Below, one piece after another: positions 59,661 through 64,000 of a DNA stretch of 64,000 nt; position 1 is the first letter of the stretch, and the number at the start of each line of letters is the position of its first letter. The DNA lies in contig JALVSY010000030.1 of assembly GCA_027036135.1 (NCBI GenBank), positions 96,001 to 160,000 of the forward strand, in the 5' to 3' direction. A program made the position numbers and the translations under genes. This DNA comes from Pyrodictiaceae archaeon (GTDB lineage Archaea > Thermoproteota > Thermoprotei_A > Sulfolobales > Pyrodictiaceae). The notes below the pieces were generated by a model. That model saw only the letters and a program-made list of their open reading frames with translations. It did no database searches and was not told the origin of the DNA.

Positions 59661-61547
59661 TTATCCAGCTTCGGGCGGTTTAGCCTTTCTTTCTTCGACT
59701 TTTACCGTCTCTCCTCTCTCTAGGCGGAGTCTTGCTGTCCTGGCTAGCTCTCTTATTATGTCTGTCTTTGTTACTACACCAGCTACTCTCCCTTCTTCAT
59801 CTACAACTGGCACTCCATCCACATTGTGCTGCTTCATAAGCTCTATGGCTTTGACAACGTCGTCGCTTGTCTTCACATAGACGTCTCGGAGCGGCACCAT
59901 AGCGTCAAGGACGAGTAGCGGTGTTACCTTCACGTAGCGACCTTTGCGCGCTGCGCCTTTGACTAGCTTTCTTACCCATATTAGGCGGCGGCTCTTGATA
60001 CCGGTTACTGCGTCCTCGTATGCTACAAAGGGCAACCTATTCGCTGATACCACGCCTAGTATCTTTGAGCCATCATAGACCGTTAGTGCATCTAAGTAGA
60101 ATGTTTGCATCTTCTTGACCGCGTGGTATAGGCTATGATGCGGGTGTACTATACCAATGCGGCCCGGCGTCATTATGTTCTCTACTTTTGCCCTACCAGC
60201 CATATGCTGCGCATATGCCTCTACTATATCATCCTTTGTTATGAAGCCTATGGGCTGACCTTTCTCATCCTCAACTATTGCTACCTCAGCTTTTGACTGC
60301 GTCATTAGGAGTGCTACTTTCTCTATGCTGTCATCGGCCTTTACCCGAGGTATATCAGTATCCATCACATAGTCTATGAGGTATCTATCATATACACGCC
60401 TCTTCCAGATGGGGCCTTTTAGGCCAATGGCCCTAAGCATTCCCCACTTGGTTACTACTCCCACTATTTGTCCCTTTTCATCAACTACTAGGAGGTAGTT
60501 GGTTCGGCAGCGGAGCATCATTCTCCGCGCATGCTCTATTGTATCATTTATTGTCACCGCTGGTAACTCGGGACGAGCTATGTTTGCTGCACTTATACCT
60601 GCAAGTGTCTCAACTGGTGGCTTTGCTACTAATACCTGCTGGAGCACTGTCTGGGTTGTGGTATAGGTTACTCTCTCCTCGGGCTTTACCTCTATTGGTA
60701 GTGCAGCTCTCTTAGCTGGTCTTACCCTACCGGGCTTTGCTCCCTCAATATAGGCTCTTGCTACATCGTATATTGTTAGGACGCCTATGAGCTTACCGCT
60801 TTCCTCGTCAATAACGGGTAGTATTGGGAAGTCATTTTCTACCATTATTTTGGCTGCATACTCTATCGGGGTCTCTGGTGTTGCCGCTGGCGCACCGCGC
60901 AGCATTATTGTGCGTACTTTTGCTACTGACTTGAGCCCCCTCTCGCTCTCCCTGTGGAAGAACCACCTACCGGTTGAAACGAATTCTCTGAGCGTTATGA
61001 GGCCTACCGGTATGGGCTCTTCCTTGCTCCTAACAACTACCTTTCCTAGCTTCCCATGATATACTAGGTCGCTCCACACACGGTTAACCCGCTCATCCTG
61101 GTATGTTATGTACTCCTCTATGTCCTCGGTAGTCATTACCTCTGTTACTGTCTCAGCTATTGGCTCGAATCCTGCAGCCATTAACCCCTTAACTATATCG
61201 GCAATACTCACAACGCCTATTACTACAGGGTTGTCTGGCGAATCAAGCACGGGTACAGCATAGACTTTTTCCTCGCGCATCCGCTGTACTACATCCTCTA
61301 TCTCGTCCTCCTTGTAAACAACAGGATAGTCTAAAGCAATATCCTTTGCGCGTAGATGCGAGTAATGGCTAGTTATTTGTATTACTTCCCTCCACGTCAC
61401 ATAGCCCTCATGCTTCATTTCTTTCTCGTTATTCACTATAACCGCTATCGGCTCCTCATTGTCCCTTAGCAACGCCCTAACCACTGTCGCGGGAGTATCA
61501 CCCGTTACCACCACACGGGGCTTCCTAGCAACCTCCCATATCTTCAC
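59661..61547 (-). CDS. Multi-CBS domain protein (about 8 CBS repeats)
   Basis: Repeated PV.D...G.(I/V)(T/S)..D motifs along the whole length. Confidence 0.9.
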   Translation of the reverse strand: MKIWEVARKPRVVVTGDTPATVVRALLRDNEEPIAVIVNNEKEMKHEGYVTWREVIQITSHYSHLRAKDIALDYPVVYKEDEIEDVVQRMREEKVYAVPVLDSPDNPVVIGVVSIADIVKGLMAAGFEPIAETVTEVMTTEDIEEYITYQDERVNRVWSDLVYHGKLGKVVVRSKEEPIPVGLITLREFVSTGRWFFHRESERGLKSVAKVRTIMLRGAPAATPETPIEYAAKIMVENDFPILPVIDEESGKLIGVLTIYDVARAYIEGAKPGRVRPAKRAALPIEVKPEERVTYTTTQTVLQQVLVAKPPVETLAGISAANIARPELPAVTINDTIEHARRMMLRCRTNYLLVVDEKGQIVGVVTKWGMLRAIGLKGPIWKRRVYDRYLIDYVMDTDIPRVKADDSIEKVALLMTQSKAEVAIVEDEKGQPIGFITKDDIVEAYAQHMAGRAKVENIMTPGRIGIVHPHHSLYHAVKKMQTFYLDALTVYDGSKILGVVSANRLPFVAYEDAVTGIKSRRLIWVRKLVKGAARKGRYVKVTPLLVLDAMVPLRDVYVKTSDDVVKAIELMKQHNVDGVPVVDEEGRVAGVVTKTDIIRELARTARLRLERGETVKVEERKAKPPEAG

Positions 61548-61637
61548 CTAGCCTTCACCCCCCTTGAAGACATAGCTATGACCAGTATAAAAGAATCCAA
61601 CGCTCAAAAACAACTAAGCACGAATTCCAAGCCTCAT

Positions 61638-63074
61638 CTAGCAATGCACACTCCACTTACTACGAGAGCCTTTCTCACACAGTACCCTTACTAGGCCTGG
61701 AAGCCTAGGCTCGATTCCAAAATCAAGAAGTATCCTAATAGCAGCGTTTAGCCCCGCTACGCCATTTATCTCGCCACCAGGATAACTACTAGCACTACCA
61801 TGATATAGACAAGGTATTGAGGTTCTATAGTCGTTCCATCCAGGGACGGGGCGCTTATCAAACAAATACTTATCAATCATAGGCAAGTGATCTGGATGCC
61901 CCGTGTAATTACGGCAACAAACTACTTGGTTACGCGCATCACGTACATCATAAGTTTTTAAAGCTTTCTCGTTACTGCCCGGAGGAAGAACCTCAAATAC
62001 GTCCTCGGCAAAACCGCTAAACTGTACAAGGTACGTATCCCTCACGGGCTCTATATAGGTATACTCTCCACCATAGCTACTACTCCACTTGACATAAACT
62101 GGGGTCCCACGCCAACCAGGCTCTCGGGGAGGACTAGGCTTCTCCGAGAAGGCATAATCTATTCTCTTCACCCTGCTTCGCAAAGTAGTACTGTTCTTAG
62201 CATCCCCTATGCTACGAATCTCCCATTCCTCCAAGCGCTCATAGCCTCCGATATCTAGGAGCGACGTAATAGGGGCAGCAAAGAGTACTGCACGGCCATG
62301 TATCGTAGTGCCATCAGCTGTCTTTATACCTCGTACAACGCCTTCTTCGAACAAGAATTCCTCAACCCTGGTTCCTAGCAACATACTGGTACCGTTCTCT
62401 CCGAGTCTTTGTCTTAGGATTCTTGAGAAGGATAACATAGAGTATTTAGGCTGGCCCCATACATTATTATTCTGCATATAATATGCAAGCACGAACCCAC
62501 TTGCATCAAGCATTGACGGATATATAAAATAGTCCCAGTAACTTCTAGGCATATAGTCAGATAGGATTTCGCGAGCCGTTTTCGCGACCAGGTATGAGAC
62601 TCTGCATTTATCAAGTATTTGTACTGCTTCTTCCCGACTCGGGGCTATCGGGGTATAGTAGAGGCCATACTCCTTATAACATTTCCAAAATCTTCTAAGG
62701 TCTCTAAACAGATCCGCTATGTCTATGCCGTGTTCCTTGAACTCTGATACAAGCCTAGTTTCATCGCTCCACCAACGAAATACTATCTCGTCGTTCTCGT
62801 TGAGCTCAACCCAATTTGGCTCAGGATAATACATCTCGGGAAGAATTCTGAGCCACTCATTTAATTCTCTAGGGACAAGGCCGATAACATACGCAAACCT
62901 CGACGAGAAGACACCTGCAATGGTACGTGCACCAGCTAATCCACCAAGGGAATAATTTTGATCAACCAATAACACGCGTAGTCCATGCAGAGACAATACA
63001 GTGGAAGCTACGACCCCGTTATGCCCACCTCCTATTACTATCACGTCATAGTTAAAGCCCATGTCTAGCCCCAA
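61638..63074 (-). CDS. Phytoene desaturase-family FAD oxidoreductase
   Basis: IGGGHNG, LGG, RT.I..LY.GSA..YPGG...G..G.NAA. Confidence 0.85.
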   Translation of the reverse strand: MGLDMGFNYDVIVIGGGHNGVVASTVLSLHGLRVLLVDQNYSLGGLAGARTIAGVFSSRFAYVIGLVPRELNEWLRILPEMYYPEPNWVELNENDEIVFRWWSDETRLVSEFKEHGIDIADLFRDLRRFWKCYKEYGLYYTPIAPSREEAVQILDKCRVSYLVAKTAREILSDYMPRSYWDYFIYPSMLDASGFVLAYYMQNNNVWGQPKYSMLSFSRILRQRLGENGTSMLLGTRVEEFLFEEGVVRGIKTADGTTIHGRAVLFAAPITSLLDIGGYERLEEWEIRSIGDAKNSTTLRSRVKRIDYAFSEKPSPPREPGWRGTPVYVKWSSSYGGEYTYIEPVRDTYLVQFSGFAEDVFEVLPPGSNEKALKTYDVRDARNQVVCCRNYTGHPDHLPMIDKYLFDKRPVPGWNDYRTSIPCLYHGSASSYPGGEINGVAGLNAAIRILLDFGIEPRLPGLVRVLCEKGSRSKWSVHC

Positions 63075-63160
63075 GGCACCAAGATGTAATAGACAAAAAT
63101 AACACTATACCCAACAGGGAGATGAACGGCCAGTATAGTTGCTGGAGAAACTGGAATAAG

Positions 63161-63216
63161 ATGATGAGGGCCTTTAGGCTCGAGGCTGTGCCGATGAACT
63201 AAGTACCCTCGGCTGA
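63161..63216 (+). ncRNA. Box C/D sRNA upstream of speE
   Basis: C ATGATGA, D' TCGA, C' ATGAAC, D CTGA. D guide AGTACCCTCGG is complementary to 16S CCGAGGGUACU. Confidence 0.8.
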
Positions 63217-63280
63217 GACCCAGGACTTATCCTTAACTTTTTATGAGACCGTTATCGGGTTCAGCACTAGGGGTAAGGAT

Positions 63281-64000
63281 ATGAACAATCACGATATTCT
63301 GCTTCTCTATCAGTATTCTGGGCCGCTTGCAACACTTTACTATTTAGACGAGATAATATACCAGACAAGGTCAAAGTATCAACGCATCATAGTTGCTAAG
63401 CTGCGGTACTTCGGCAAGACACTCATACTTGACGATCTCATTCAGAGCACAGAGTTCGACGAGTATATATATCATGAGGCACTTGTACATCCAGCAATGA
63501 CGCTGCATCCAAGTCCTAAGCGCGTCCTAATTCTTGGAGGCGGGGAAGGTGCGACTCTTAGAGAGGTTTTGAAACATAGCACTGTTGAGAAGGCTGTAAT
63601 GGTTGATATCGATGAAGTTGTTGTCGAGGTCTCTAAGAAGTATTTACCGGAGTGGCATCAAGGAGCCTTTGACGATAAACGTGCAGAAGTTGTAATAATG
63701 GATGGATTCGAATATGTTAAGCAAGCGGCTAGCTCTGGAACCAAATTCGATGTAATAATAATGGATTTGACTGATCCCTATGGATCAGAGATAGCCGCTC
63801 ATCTCTATAATACTAATGCATTCAAGCTGCTTAAGTCCGTGCTAGACGAAAACGGTGTCTTAGTGACACAGGCTGGCTGTTCTTCACTGTTCCCCCAGGA
63901 GTTCATTAAAGTGTATCGCGCTGCTAGCCAAGTATTCCATCACGTCTATGAATACGTTGCCTGGGTTCCCTCGTTTGCCTATATGAATAGCTTCATAATT
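63281..64000 (+). CDS. speE: Polyamine aminopropyltransferase (spermidine synthase), runs off the window
   Basis: Manual translation: SKYQRI, LILDDLIQS, YHEALVHP, LILGGGEGATLREV, MVDID, MDLTDP. Confidence 0.95.
   Translation, partial: MNNHDILLLYQYSGPLATLYYLDEIIYQTRSKYQRIIVAKLRYFGKTLILDDLIQSTEFDEYIYHEALVHPAMTLHPSPKRVLILGGGEGATLREVLKHSTVEKAVMVDIDEVVVEVSKKYLPEWHQGAFDDKRAEVVIMDGFEYVKQAASSGTKFDVIIMDLTDPYGSEIAAHLYNTNAFKLLKSVLDENGVLVTQAGCSSLFPQEFIKVYRAASQVFHHVYEYVAWVPSFAYMNSFII

Overview
A 64 kb segment of an archaeal chromosome. Gene content (Trm10, L13e, archaeal MAT, DIP synthesis, DUF5622, SRP19, CCA-encoding tRNAs) points to a hyperthermophilic Desulfurococcales crenarchaeon, probably Pyrodictiaceae (inference). 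It is mostly housekeeping, with about 60 CDS and four tRNAs: Thr-UGU, Val-UAC, Cys-GCA with a 30-nt BHB intron, and Val-GAC. The ORF track misses a dense set of guide RNAs: seven box C/D sRNAs, one more degenerate C/D candidate, and one H/ACA RNA. Several guides are complementary to conserved rRNA segments, and the H/ACA pocket fits 23S helix 93. Two further GC-rich structured elements are unexplained. The best protein candidates for a new system are a tandem pair of paralogous, atypical nucleotidyltransferase-fold proteins beside RIO2, ArsR and macrodomain genes, and an orphan protein with a PD-(D/E)XK-like C-terminus. A head-to-head deletion scar removed the 5' ends of two divergent genes. 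Single-base frameshifts break rpl13e, ttuA, pckG and a PIN toxin, most likely from sequencing error. cysK probably starts at ATT. No CRISPR array, rRNA gene or intact transposase was seen. All family and rRNA-target calls come from motif recognition and remembered consensus sequences, not database searches.
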